Notes under the pieces: model-generated
Seen by the model: only the letters and a program-made list of their open reading frames with translations
What the model was told of the DNA's origin: nothing
Database searches by the model: none
In this document: positions 36,901-46,996 of the stretch, one piece after another
Layout: the number at the start of each line of letters is the position of its first letter
How positions within the stretch are numbered: the first letter of the stretch is position 1
Source of the DNA: Phoronis australis
Lineage: Eukaryota; Animalia; Phoronida
DNA length: 64,000 nucleotides
Assembly (NCBI GenBank): GCA_002633005.1
Contig: NMRA01000156.1
Coordinates: forward strand, 743,385-807,384
Direction: 5' to 3'
Translations under genes and position numbers: made by a program

Positions 36901-39900
36901 TGGTGTGAACACATCACTACAAATGAGGCTGGTGTGAACGTATCAATACAAATGATGATGGTGTGAACGTATCAATACAAACGATTGCTGGTGTGAACGT
37001 ATCAATACAAATGACGCTGGTGTGAACGCATCAATACAAATGATGATGGTGTAAACGTTGAAATTTCTTTAATTTCATGAAATAATTGCAAAAAATGTTA
37101 CCAAGTACATTACGTCTGCCAGTAGTTCACATTCAACAAATCTGCTTAAAAGGTCAAGTGCTCTAATAGCAATGAATCACTCCATTCCAAACATCACCCA
37201 TGCAAGCACAATGAACCACTTAAAAATATAGCCTAATTGTTGACTACTCAAAACTGAACATACTCTAGAGTGTCACGATTGTTAATACAATGGTGATGAT
37301 GAGGGCACCCCATGCCTCAATTCTGGGTACGAATTTTGGCCCCATTTCCCAATGAAAAATCAGTTGAACCACAAAATTTGAAATTCCCCAAACCAGGCCC
37401 AAAAATTCCCCTTCAATGATTAAAAAAATTTCCCACAAGTCAAGGAGCATAATTTATTGTCAATGAGTGGCGACCGGAAAGGTGGAACTGATGGTTTTCG
37501 GGGGTACCTTCACAGAAGGTACACGCACATTTGCTCTCAGGTGAGCGAGAGCCCTGCTGATGATGACAGAGACCATGAAACTGGTATTTTTCATTAACTA
37601 TCGATACACGTCTGGTGTACAGCCCCGTTGACAGAAAGCTACCAACTCCGGTAATTCTTGTCACAACTCGGAATAGACGAGTCCTACCTGTTTGATGCCC
37701 GGGGTTTTGTCCTTTGACAACTTGTCGAGCCCGCTGTCAATCACACAGTTCACGTTAGTCTGAAGATGTATGACGGCGTTGTGAAATTTGTCTTCCATCG
37801 TCTTGCCAGGAATCTCATCCACGGCAGATTTCTGTAACAGGATGATGCAGAATAAGGTCACAAGAAGGGTGTAGTCAAGTGCAAATATCTAGCTGATTAA
37901 GTAAAGGACAATTCGATAGAAAGCCGCAAAAAGTATATTTGGAAAATTGCATTTTATTATGTTTCAAGAACTCCAAACATAAGCCCAGGGGCCTGGAAAC
38001 GGAAAATGTATCATAAAACATGACATACCATATTCGCCGTAATAACCGCCCAGGGCGCTTAGAAAAATTTTGGTTTCAGGGGGGCGCGTATTATAACCCA
38101 AGGCCGTTGAAACCCGGTCTCCGAAACGGGTGAAATCGGAAGCTAAGATTCATCATATTTACGCTCTGCGACGTATCTGTAATCTATGAAAGACTTAATA
38201 CAATACCGTAGTGCATTGCTATCAAACTTTGCTGCTAAATTACGATCATTTTACCCAAAATTGCGTTGAAATCCCAGGGCGAAAACTCGCCGACTGCCTG
38301 CCTCGCAATCATCAATATGGCGACTTGAATGCTTGAATAAAAATACAGTTTCGACTCAAGCAAATTACCTGAAATCCTCCTTAAGTTTTCCAAGTAGCGT
38401 CCTTAAGATTTTTAAGTTCCCGTGGAGTCGGGATCACGGCACATTTAAGTACAAATCTGTGTTACATCGTGCCATCTACAGGTATGATCGGCAACATGAG
38501 AAAAATGTCTGGATGAACACACATGTTGTTGTCACGTGACGTTTGTTTTGAAGTTGTCTGCGTTTGTGAGTAAGCGAGCGCGTGCGTGTCACCAGAGTTC
38601 ATTTGCCAGAGCAGATACCGTCTTTTGGCCAGAGCCACGCAATCTAACGAGCTAGATGTGCATTGTATCTAAAGAAATTTGCACAAGCAGTAGGCCTAAA
38701 CCAGAGCGTGTTTCATTTAGCACTTGCCGGTCTCGTGTGCTAAAAACGTTCGACATTTGTCTCGGTAAGGCCACATTAGTCGCCATGTGGCTGGATGCGT
38801 ACGATTAGTTGCCGTGTGGCTGGATGCGTACGTGACTATCTGACAGTTATTTTTCGGTGTAAGGGTGTGTAAGCATTCACTGTCAGTGGTCATTTTATCG
38901 GATATTTGGCTTAAAAACACCAATTGTGGTTAATCAAACAATTCATCTAAAAAATAACGCAAACATTTTTTATAGTATTAGAAACTGTCGGAAATTAGTG
39001 CCAATATTCATTTCTTGCCGATGCTATGCTACCCGTTTTATGAATGGATATTTCCCAACTAATGTCTTTGACGACAGGTTCATGTATGTAGCGCGCGCTT
39101 CCTGGCGACGCGCTTTTTACACTGGCCAAGCATTATATTAGTCTTCAATTCGCGGTTTTCACGTGTAGGCCTACAAAGAAATTTGGATTCCTGTTGAAAG
39201 CGGAAAATATCTACAAAGCAATCCCGTAGACAAGTACACTACTTCTGTTTTGAAAGGCCAGACCATTTGTCTCGCAAGATCAGCAAAACTTTTGTGTTTG
39301 TTTCGAGGCATGGCGGAAGTTTGAAGTGTATAGTCAAGGCTAAATATCGACATAGCGGCAAGGCTCGTGGTCTACAAATTCTGCGCACAATGATTTTTTT
39401 CAGGACTGTCGGATGTTATTGATAAATTGGTGGCGTTACTGTAGAAGGCATTTTTCGCANGCGACCAATTAGCCGACCCAAGTGCCGACCACAGAGGCGA
39501 CTAAGCAGACGGCTCCTAGCCGACCGTTGTTGGTCGGCTGCTGGTCGGCTAGACGACCGGTCGACGGCCGGTCGTCGACCAATTTCCGACCGGTCGGCCA
39601 AAAATTCGTGATGTGTGCTGTACATATACAGAGAGAGAATGAAATTGTTCCTGGAAGTGTTAGTTCGCCTGTTGTGTTTGCAAGGTTATTATCAAAGGCT
39701 GGCCTTTAACAGCTTTCTCATTTTCATGTGTCTATCTAGCTTGAGATAATTGCAAAGAACACCAGACTTAGGTTGGTCCTCCGTGAGTGAGACTGGAACA
39801 GACGCATGCACGCATAGTTGTGCATACCTCAACTTCAACTTGGAGGTTTTCCCTTTCGCAAAAATAAAAACAATCGTGATATTTCCTTTGGTAAGGATAT

Positions 39901-42900
39901 CATTGTTTTAATGTATTTTGCAGCCTTCATACCAATAGAGAATAATCCCGAAGATGATATCATGTGATACGGATCGAGGGAGAGCAGTATTGCACGAGGC
40001 CTGAAGCCAAGGGTACCAGTGCTTCGCATGATCCGACACGCCTGAGGGATCGGTCCATTTTTGTTTTATTACATGACCACTGATGGTTTTTGCCTCTTGT
40101 TTTCTTTCTTTTCCTAAAACTTTTTCATTTTTTATTAGATTAGTTTGTTCTCACCTGCTTTGATGTACTGACATCGTCTGCTCGCTTCATGGTCAGGGTT
40201 TATGGTTTCTACAACATCCAATTGGTCAGATCGCGAATACCAACATGACGTCCACGCGCCAAGGATAAAAAGTGAAATTGCACACTAAGTTCGTCTACGT
40301 TACGCTATATCGGAAGTTTTTGCACCTTGTTTCAGCCAATCAGAGACAGAGGTATCAGTGGTCATGTAATAACTGTCACTAACGTTTCACTCATTAGGTT
40401 CATCGTCAACTACGATTTTCATTAAACCAGCCGAAAACAAGACAACAAACTGTAAAAAATTTCAATTGTGGCCTCGAATACATGTTTTCTGAATACAATC
40501 CGATGTGCCCGTTTGCAGAGCACATTGGAAACGCCATTTTCACAAATACACAAAAGAATTTCATTTTACCCCAGCCCTAGACTCAAATGATAAAAAATGT
40601 AGACTTCAAGGTGAAATCACCTAAAGCAAGAAGGAGAGTCGGTTATTTCATGTTCTATTTGTGTGTCAAAGTTGATTGTCATGTTCACAAGTACATAAGT
40701 GTCCAGGAGTTCAAATTGTCAAAGAATCATGATGCTCTAAAATGTCACCAGTTTTCAAGCAGAGGAAATTTCATCAACCTATTTCTGACAAACAAGAATC
40801 GAATCAAAAATTAATCAATCTCCTAAAAGAGAATCAAATTCCTAAAAATGTGTATTGTTTCATCCCTACTAAAGCATCACGTGACTCACCTGTTTCACTT
40901 CCTCAGTGTTCGCCTTGTCTCCGATCGTCTTCTCCTGAATCTTTGCCAAGATCTGTTTGATAACGAGGCAGTCGCTAATGACACGTGACAGATTGGCCGT
41001 CTGCGGGTTCTCAAACTTTTTGTCTTTCATCATGGCAACCTGTTGAGTGGTGAGATCGGGATATGTGACAATAGAGTTATTTCCTATTCATAGCCAGACG
41101 TGCTCAGCTTGCGGCAATGCAAATTTAGGTGCAACAGTCAGTTATCAATGTAAAGACATTTTAGTGGTAAGTACAAGATTAGGTTGGTCAGGCAATAATT
41201 ATTTACTGTTTAGTTTCTGAATTTATTCTAAATATTCTCAGCATACACAATGCTTTCTCACCTCCTAGCAATAGATATATGTCATTTTAACAAATCAGAT
41301 TGAGGTGAGTAACCATTTGTGACCAGAGCTCAAAATGTAAAAATAAACTGGCATGAGTTGGTTTCCAGGTGGAAAGGGAGATTTTATCGAAGTTTGGCTA
41401 AATCCGACTTAACTCAAGGGCCGTGACCAACTAGGACAAACATCTGGCTCTTTGTCTGATATAAGCAAACATCCAACCAAAACGCCCCCCAGGGGCTTTT
41501 AGGAGGCAAATTCACTTGTGGTCGGTTTCATGAAAAGTGACACAAGACTTATTAAGTAACAAATGCCATCTCACACTACACACTACAATTTCTGAAAAAA
41601 GATTAAATCTCACAACAGCACTATCTGAAAATACACCCAGACTTCCCAGTTGCTCAGACAATTTTCCTCGACCACTTCTAAACAGTGATGTGTTAACAAT
41701 TAGGAGGCAAAAAATTATTTGGTAACTGTGAAATGGGAGTGCAACTCACTGTTCATGAAACAAGCTCCTAGTGGCTGTTTGAGAAACTACCGCTACCCTT
41801 CTAATGAATATATTGACACTAATTGCTGAACCCAAACATACCGGCCTGAACCTAGATGGCGGCACAGGTACCACATGAAGGAAGAAGATATCCGTTGGGC
41901 AGCCCGTGCCGACAGCCACTTTGGGCGAGCGAAGCGCACCGAACAAATGTTGTAGTACGTCACCGTTCTCAGCCCACAACTTTCGCAGATGGGTTTGAGC
42001 ATCCAGAGGGGTGACGTACATCTGATCCAACAGCTTATGTAAGTGCTTCTGTTTCTCTGGAGTCAGAGCCGTATCTGCCGAATTCATCTCTAGAATCTCG
42101 GCGTCTGCTACAAACTCTTCGCTATTTTCAATAGGCTCACTGGAAAAGGAATTAAAATTACGGTAAAAATTCTTCAGTTTGGAGCAAAAATAATTGCTAA
42201 AACTGACATATGTCCATTTTTCAGAAGCCTACCACATTATTGGAATTGCTCAACATTTTAGCAATGTTGTTTGGGAATAGCTACAAACCAAGCTAAAAGC
42301 AAAGGAAATTTTTCCAAAAAGTCATTTTTGTTAAGAAATTGGAAAAAAATTTCCCCGTTCGTCATGTTGTGTCCCAAACTGTAGTTTTTACCATAACCAT
42401 GATAATGCCTGTTTCAGAAACATAGCGCTAAGTGATATTAAAAGAACCCGAGGATGATTGAAACGTATCGATACACAAAAATTGATTTTCTCCCGGTAAA
42501 GTGGGAGGAAACCAGAACTAATGGAATTTATTCATTCCAATATATGTCGAAATATGCCAGCACCCCAACAAAATCCAGAATTTGTGTCTCTAGTCAAAAA
42601 AACAAGTAAGTCATGAAGTGATACACTGAAATTGTACACATCAATTTCCACAAAATTCACTGAACGATCAAAGTGTAATTGGACTTTATTCATTGGTATC
42701 CTGATCAGAGAGACTGCAGCGCAGACATGCATCATATCTGTGGTTTACACGACATGTGTGACACGGTGCAAACAGACATGGTGCAGCTGCATAAAAATAA
42801 ATGGAATTTAGTATTCCTCAGCTGTGTCCACATGCACTTTCTTTCCGCTGGGTAAGATTGCGAAGTGACAAAGCGATCAAAAAACAAACAAACCAGAGTA

Positions 42901-45900
42901 AAAAACATAATCAGATATCGGGAATCAGACAAAAAAGAGAAAAATTTTCCAAGTGACGTATTGTTTCACAAATGAATGGGGTTGTGTGATAGAAGTATAT
43001 TCTGTCTTGTAAAATTTAACTTTAGAAAAAAATCTTTTTTGCATGAGTAAGTCAAAATAATGATAAAAAAGAGATACAAAAAGAGGGAACTGGAAATCAA
43101 TTGCGAGGAAATCAAAACCAAAAAAGAGGAAATCCTCTTTAAAGAGGAAAATCCCAAGCCCTGAGAATGCACCCAACAATTATACCATTAGGTCACAATC
43201 GTCAATAGATTGGTGGAAAGAACCTTCTTACCGTTTCACAGACTTCCGGCGCTCCTGGTTGTCCATGACGATTTGTGCCGCCGTCTTCCGACTGATGGTC
43301 TTGGAGAAGTAGATCTTGGAGTTGTGCTCATGCCTCAGTGGTCGTAACGGCTTCTTACAATGCGGGCACTTGCCCCCGCGCGGACCCATATGTGTCTTGA
43401 TGAAGTCCTTGATGATTCTCTGGCGACAGTCCATCACGTGTTTAGCTGGTGACGGCATCGAATTAGACGAATCTAGAGAAGTAAATACACAAATGTGGAT
43501 AAATACAGTCGTGGCATGAAAGAGGCAGCTGCATTTTTTTACCTCTCACCCAAAGATCATTCTGCATACCACGGTAAAGTACAACGCTCAATTGGGAAAC
43601 TCACAACGGAGCTACTATCGCTTACCAGCTCATAAAATTTTGAAGGTGGACACTTTACCTAGAAGAAAGTGCCAATTTCTAGGCAAAAAAGCTCCCTTCA
43701 ATACCACCATAGGACAATGAAGAGAAAGCCATATGCAAATTAACAAATAAAACATTTTCAACTGTGGACAGCGAAGACATCGACTACTGACAACACATAT
43801 TACAAGATTTAGTTAGGAAGTGGTTTTGTGGACATCCAGCAATAACTGACACCACCGTTGATGCATCCTGTACATATTCGGTGATGCTGGACTACACAGG
43901 CATGTGTTGCAACATGACACGAGGACAGTACCACAGAGCAGGTTTTTTCTCTTTGACAACACAGAAACAATAGGGGTGTGGTCGCTGGCCACGAACTACC
44001 AAGATAACTCCCATAAACCCTACTCATACAGAATGTCACTAATCTGTCGTTAATCGTACATATGCAGAGAACATTTAACAACAACCTCGGTATGGGTGAA
44101 TTGACCCACACTGACTCAAGTCTATGAGCCGATTTGGTGGATCTGAGGGCAACGATGTTAGTTTTTTGTCCTTTTTGCTTCCATTTCTCATGCGCCTGTT
44201 TGCCAGAGTTAAGCAATCGCAGTGCATCAACAGAATTATTTTTCCGCCAATGATGTGGGCCGCGCTCCTAAAATTATACATGCGTATCTGTGAAAGCACA
44301 CTGCCAAATGGAAATGGACCTTTTTCAGGACGAGAAGCAAGGCGAATTTTTGTTCACCGTCTGTTGACGACGCCAACCAAGCACTGCACCTCCTACAGAT
44401 TTTCCAAGTGTCCAGCCAATAGGCCTCATGCAAGATTATGTAACAAGATGGCCACTTCGTCACACCCCCTGCTCAATAACAAAAGTTACAACGGAGCTAT
44501 ATATTCAAATCTGGAAATCATTCATGAAAATCATGTTTTGATAACTCCAGTTCATACACGTTTTCATCCTCTACCTTATATAAAACATCTAGCTTTCAGT
44601 TACATTCCAGCTTTCCACGCATTACCTTTCAATGCCTTGGTCATGTAGTCATTCATGCGTTCCTCAAAGACAACAGCCATTGCAGCGCCCCCTCCCGTCT
44701 CTTCCAGCACACTGCCGTAGACATCTCGAAGACATTCAGCATCTGCCACACGTCCATGATGCAAAAGACGAAGCTGGCCAGTGAGCAGATGACAGACACT
44801 TTTGGATGCATAAAGGTGGTGACAGTGAAAACAAGAACCCCTTAGGATCTGCGTGGGAAGTCAAAAAAATGGAGTCATAAAATCTGTATTTCGTGATCTA
44901 AACACAGCATACAAGAATGTGTTTGCTATATCACTTTCGCAATATTCCGTAGTCCTGCTGATTGAGTCTCTGACATTCCAGTACTAATTATCAGTTTCTA
45001 TGCCGTACCTCATTTTTGTGTACCCCAACTGGTTGTGTTTTATGCCCACTCTCAAGGCTTGCTATTTCTAAAATGTATCTTGAAAAGAAGTGGACACTCC
45101 TACTGAAACATGTCGCAATTGAAACAATTTGTCTTAAATCAAACAGTAAAATATTGAGAAAATGTGTTTAATTAGCAAAATCATGTTGTCTATTTAACAG
45201 AACTTGGGCACCTGAAACAAGGTCTTGAAAAAGACAGGGTTGTAGACATTGACAGGAAGTTGAATGTGGCCCATGTGACCAGGGCAGTGGAGCAGGTTCT
45301 GTCCACATGTTGAGCAGGCCTCATCTCGTTCACTTGGTCCTGAAATGCCAGAAAAAAATCTGTGTGAACATAGCATTTGGAATTATTTAACATATAATTA
45401 TAACAATAACAAGAATTTATTTTAAAAATTACAGCTTGCCGTGTATTACATAAATCATGAAAGCGGGTCTTGCTCAACTTGCCAGACATTTTATAGTCCA
45501 CGACCTTTGACTAGTACTGATTTCTTGTACAGGAGTGGACAAACATTAAAAGAGGCAATGAACTCACACCTGTCGAAAACCATTCAACTTTTAACTGTAC
45601 TAAAATTGGTCTCATTCATCTTGTTCAATCCTTAGTCAGATTAGAAAGAACTTTTTGGCTTGAGAAGAACTGACAGTTTACTATGTCAGATCAGGCCCAT
45701 TTCAAACAAGCAAATTTACAAAGTTGCTCGTCATAGCCAATCAATTTCAGGTGATGGAGCAATAAAGCCGTCAGGGAAATTCCAGGCAATTTATAGCAAC
45801 CAATTCCAATTCAAACATAGAACAAGCACGTAATGATGTTGCTTTAAAAAGCAAATACATCAGCAAAGGAAGCTCAGCAGCACCATCTATCATCCGAGAA

Positions 45901-46358
45901 GAAAGGAGCCTGTACCTTTATACAGGGAATTTTTGTGGCCTTTTTTACTAGCAGGGGAATTTTCACTCAGTTTTTACACATTAAGAGGGGAATTTGTGGC
46001 ATTGCTTTTTACGACAGTGATGTATATACCATAAGCGGCATTTCTGATTGTTTAGAAGGGATTTTTTTATTTGATATTGAGAGCCCTGTACAGCACGGAT
46101 TATCATAGCTTTACCAAAAAAAAATAATTCACACAATCTCATGATCTAGTTTTGCCAAGTATGGCTAGTAAAATAATGCGTCTTCAACATACCCAGAGCC
46201 GGATCATAGAGACCTGAGAAAGTGGGGTGCATGAGGCTATCAAATGACTGCGGGTTGGTTATCTCCTTCACACTTAGTTGCAGTATCTCGTCGTCGCTAA
46301 ACGTTGAGAACAGCATGCCGGACAGGCGGTAGTGTGGCATATCATTTTCACTGAACAT
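6782..46358 (-). CDS. POLR1A: DNA-directed RNA polymerase I largest subunit (RPA1/RPA190); multi-exon gene, 3' part continues beyond the left edge of the window
   Basis: 18 GT-AG-bounded exons join in frame (except one junction, see findings). They give GLYDPALGP, Cxx[47 protein letters not shown], catalytic [29 protein letters not shown] and FQYGEDGLD. These variants are Pol I-specific. Confidence 0.97.
7080..7355. mobile_element. MITE-like inverted-repeat element containing a tRNA-like sequence
   Basis: ~65-bp arms 7093-7157 and 7276-7341 are reverse complements. Confidence 0.6.
7153..7225 (-). pseudogene. tRNA-like cloverleaf (pseudo-tRNA)
   Basis: Acceptor GTCTCAG/CTGGGAC, D stem GCTC/GAGC, T arm CTGGG-TTCAAGT-CCCAG; anticodon stem mismatched. 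Confidence 0.6.
7852..8016 (-). CDS. POLR1A: POLR1A exon ([12 protein letters not shown]...QKQ)
   Basis: Conserved FxYGEDGLD following DGSVVQ; splice sites. Confidence 0.92.
8700..8865. repeat. Degenerate ~68-bp tandem repeat, ~2.5 copies
   Basis: ctgcgactt..ataacta recurs at ~8711, 8779 and 8846. Confidence 0.7.
8973..9101 (-). CDS. POLR1A: POLR1A bridge-helix exon ([25 protein letters not shown]...DGSVVQ)
   Basis: Bridge-helix motif, Pol I-type SRSGY. Confidence 0.96.
9530..9730 (+). mobile_element. tRNA-derived SINE, same family, 5' degraded
   Basis: B box GAGTTCGAGTCC, then acccttgagtcag..ctcagctcg..aaagcata..gcccac.tgagc matching the 33408 copy. Confidence 0.7.
13593..15020 (+). mobile_element. 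Tc2/pogo-like (Tc1-mariner) non-autonomous element
   Basis: TA|CTGTATTCGCC terminus; collinear in reverse with the 38028-39459 copy. Confidence 0.65.
15112..16646 (-). mobile_element. HINE/DINE-1-like element (copy 2)
   Basis: Minus strand: subTIR ATGCGCCCAC, inverted GTGGACGCAT, (CCGT)n microsatellite, tandem array, subTIR GTGGGCGCAT, 3' hairpin CAACGC-TCT-GCGTTG; T-rich flanks. Confidence 0.8.
17577..17788 (-). CDS. POLR1A: POLR1A coding exon 15 (GDLQRRRIM...YQNKIAK)
   Basis: In frame with the previous exon; AA|gtgagt donor (phase 2). Confidence 0.88.
18567..18683 (-). CDS. POLR1A: POLR1A coding exon 14 (VYGG...[20 protein letters not shown])
   Basis: Conserved [10 protein letters not shown]; splice sites. 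Confidence 0.94.
18807..19033. mobile_element. Palindromic element resembling inverted Penelope-like terminal repeats
   Basis: ~95-bp inverted arms, each with a CTGA(G/A)GAA-GACA..TGTC-G(T)AAA hammerhead-like core. Confidence 0.5.
19453..19623 (-). CDS. POLR1A: POLR1A coding exon 13 (SWI...[14 protein letters not shown]...HCCYE)
   Basis: Conserved [10 protein letters not shown]. Confidence 0.94.
20303..20386 (-). CDS. POLR1A: POLR1A coding exon 12 ([11 protein letters not shown]...GKAKVPGK)
   Basis: Directly continues LWSGKQ|VVST; tttcag|/|gtgagt. Confidence 0.9.
22198..23025 (-). mobile_element. HINE/DINE-1-like element (copy 3, shorter array)
   Basis: AACAAGAGCAACGCAGAGCGTTGAAATGCGCCCAC ... 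GCGTCCACAT..ATGTGGGCGCATAAAAA ends. Confidence 0.8.
23148..23311. repeat. 39-bp tandem repeat, ~4 copies
   Basis: CTGAAAGTGTTTTGGAAAACAGTGCATAAGGTATACTAT unit. Confidence 0.95.
23730..23738 (+). promoter_or_regulatory. Candidate TATA box of the nested GPCR
   Basis: TATATAAAG about 70 nt upstream of the GPCR ATG. Confidence 0.45.
23805..24959 (+). CDS. Intronless rhodopsin-like (class A) orphan GPCR, 384 aa, nested antisense in a POLR1A intron
   Basis: Seven hydrophobic segments; N-terminal N-glycosylation sequons (NFS, NST); TM2 Asp; TM3 Cys...ISFEKY (DRY-like); ECL2 Cys; long polar ICL3; TM6 FP; TM7 LNPVLH (NPxxY-like). Confidence 0.85.
   Translation: MDNFSIISENSLELAGTHRNSTILKTACLCIEAVWTLVVDMYIAALIAFTPQLRTRGYVLLLFYLLMDVLSSLMMALPAVLTEVGNIVITPGTMSCQILANARFYLGCTSLCLLAAISFEKYWKISRNTHGDIFSHKMTIVVTTASLVLPLIICVPAGNLLKSRLDVLGVCSLNSSPQASYFFVTASISFFILTLTIIASHFRIFHLTLSHYHNLLRLRANRTTRLRSLSEQLSRETSLDNKNSHPSQLKHNQRTNSSTTGDCDTHQKRNSHATKFFGSDNFQQWLIHRARCPITGIFHRRRTRLGKICRSLCVCFSIPLMFIFTMFPAVIWYCGYQDNSDFELASMILLMTQMALNPVLHVVNNNKLQTCLIQKILCRSVQTS
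25377..25531. repeat. ~21-bp tandem repeat, ~7 copies
   Basis: ATGACTAGACTGTTGTATTAC-type unit. Confidence 0.92.
26038..27882. mobile_element. Kolobok-type internal-deletion derivative (THAP 5' end on +, KolX-like 5' end on -)
   Basis: TTAA|AGA...TCT|TTAA with weak TIR; 26582+ reads [23 protein letters not shown] (THAP, with a stop); 27619- reads an acidic N-terminus with GPYRFEP. Confidence 0.7.
28125..29611 (-). mobile_element. Kolobok-type non-autonomous element with THAP remnant
   Basis: Perfect 15-bp TIR AGGAGAATGCCACCC flanked by TTAA; minus strand from 29447 reads [26 protein letters not shown], with stops and a frameshift. Confidence 0.8.
31052..31385. repeat. Near-perfect 170-bp tandem duplication
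   Basis: 31052-31215 repeated at 31222-31385. Confidence 0.92.
33144..33367 (-). CDS. POLR1A: POLR1A coding exon 11 ([18 protein letters not shown]...LWSGKQ)
   Basis: Conserved motifs; splice sites in phase. Confidence 0.95.
33408..33625 (+). mobile_element. tRNA-derived SINE
   Basis: A box TGGCCTAATGG, B box GGTTCAAGTCC; body shared with the 9530 copy. Confidence 0.75.
34472..34694 (-). CDS. POLR1A: POLR1A coding exon 10, active site (NRQPTLH...[10 protein letters not shown])
   Basis: Catalytic Mg2+-binding NADFDGD motif. Confidence 0.97.
35246..35384 (-). CDS. POLR1A: POLR1A coding exon 9 (AAFIVNEDG...[11 protein letters not shown]...KK)
   Basis: Conserved REAxAKQLLTP; splice sites in phase. 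Confidence 0.93.
35817..35919. repeat. ~22-bp tandem repeat, ~4-5 copies
   Basis: TTTGGGCCAGGCGAGGGGAATA-type unit. Confidence 0.85.
36249..36469 (-). CDS. POLR1A: POLR1A coding exon 8 ([30 protein letters not shown]...HPG)
   Basis: Highly conserved region C motif. Confidence 0.96.
36490..37057. repeat. 29-bp minisatellite, ~19 copies
   Basis: GATGCTGGTGTGAACGCATCAATACAAAT unit. Confidence 0.97.
37688..37831 (-). CDS. POLR1A: POLR1A coding exon 7 ([10 protein letters not shown]...[11 protein letters not shown]...PGIKQ)
   Basis: Conserved LQxxVN..DS..GIKQ; splice sites. Confidence 0.92.
38028..39459 (-). mobile_element. Tc2/pogo-like non-autonomous element, second copy (truncated at N)
   Basis: TA|CCATATTCGCC terminus; long reverse-complement similarity to 13593-15020. 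Confidence 0.65.
39461..39625. repeat. CCGAC/GTCGG-rich palindromic MITE arm abutting an assembly N
   Basis: Dense nested palindromes (gacgaccggtcgacggccggtcgtc). Confidence 0.5.
39890..40372. mobile_element. Unclassified non-autonomous repeat with inverted TTATTACATGACCACTGAT motifs (Crypton-like)
   Basis: ttattacatgaccactgat at ~40067 and atcagtggtcatgtaataa at ~40354. Confidence 0.35.
40890..41039 (-). CDS. POLR1A: POLR1A coding exon 6 ([17 protein letters not shown]...EVKQ)
   Basis: FENPQT motif; cag|/|gtgagt; 150 nt, phase 0. Confidence 0.88.
41842..42139 (-). CDS. POLR1A: POLR1A coding exon 5 (...[16 protein letters not shown])
   Basis: Conserved VPPSRFRP motif; splice sites in phase. 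Confidence 0.92.
43232..43472 (-). CDS. POLR1A: POLR1A coding exon 4 (...KCPHCKK...HNSKI...)
   Basis: CPHC zinc motif; ag/gt boundaries in phase. Confidence 0.88.
44626..44848 (-). CDS. POLR1A: POLR1A coding exon 3 ([12 protein letters not shown]...TKALK)
   Basis: Read by hand on the minus strand; LRGSCxxCH motif; canonical splice sites, phase consistent. Confidence 0.9.
45212..45339 (-). CDS. POLR1A: POLR1A coding exon 2 ([26 protein letters not shown]...LFQ)
   Basis: Clamp zinc-binding motif; cag|/|gt boundaries keep phase. Confidence 0.93.
46193..46358 (-). CDS. POLR1A: POLR1A coding exon 1 (MFSEND...GLYDPALG)
   Basis: ATG at 46358; G|GTATG donor; a tctttcag-type acceptor lies 10 nt upstream of the ATG. 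Confidence 0.92.
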
Positions 46359-46996
46359 CGTCAGAAACCTGAAAGTAAGAACCGATAATACAACTCTATA
46401 TCTGAACAGACTTCCAAGCTAACATAAAATTATCACTAATGTTGTACATAATCTAAATAATTTATTTACAATGATTTTTGTATTTATTCCCATGGTCGTG
46501 TGTGCACGGACATGTCAAGAAAGCTAGTAAGAGAAGTGTACTGTTTTACTCATTATATTATCAATAAAAATAGACAAAAACATGCATAAATTTCTCTAAC
46601 ATTGTCCGATTTTTATGATTCTTTTTTTAATTTGCACAATTTCATTGAAAACGCGACTTTGATCTGCTTTTACTAGTTTAATCTCAGTTCTTTCCAACTC
46701 TCTAAATAGAGAGAAAGATTACAGCTAAATTATAGTAATTTGCACAACTAAATAACTCTTTGCATATGAGATTCAGTTGGCATTTGGTAAGTGACCAACA
46801 AAAATATTTTAGACCGTAACAGTCAACTCTCGAATATAGACCTTGATTGTGATTTAGCCGAAAATATCGAAATTAGCTCTCACTCATCAGCTGATTACTG
46901 ACAGTGACACTGTGACCAGGGTAGAGTTCAGCAAAGCTAGGACCTATATGGTAGGAGCTCGCTAAAATCTAGCCACAATCACGTGTTCTCATTTAA

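Noticed and set aside
36490-37057. CRISPR-like array of 29-bp palindromic repeats
   Set aside because: Units are directly adjacent with no unique spacers; eukaryotic intron; no cas genes.
44124-44648. 174-aa plus-strand ORF
   Set aside because: No recognisable motif; lies antisense in a POLR1A intron and overlaps an exon edge; consistent with chance.
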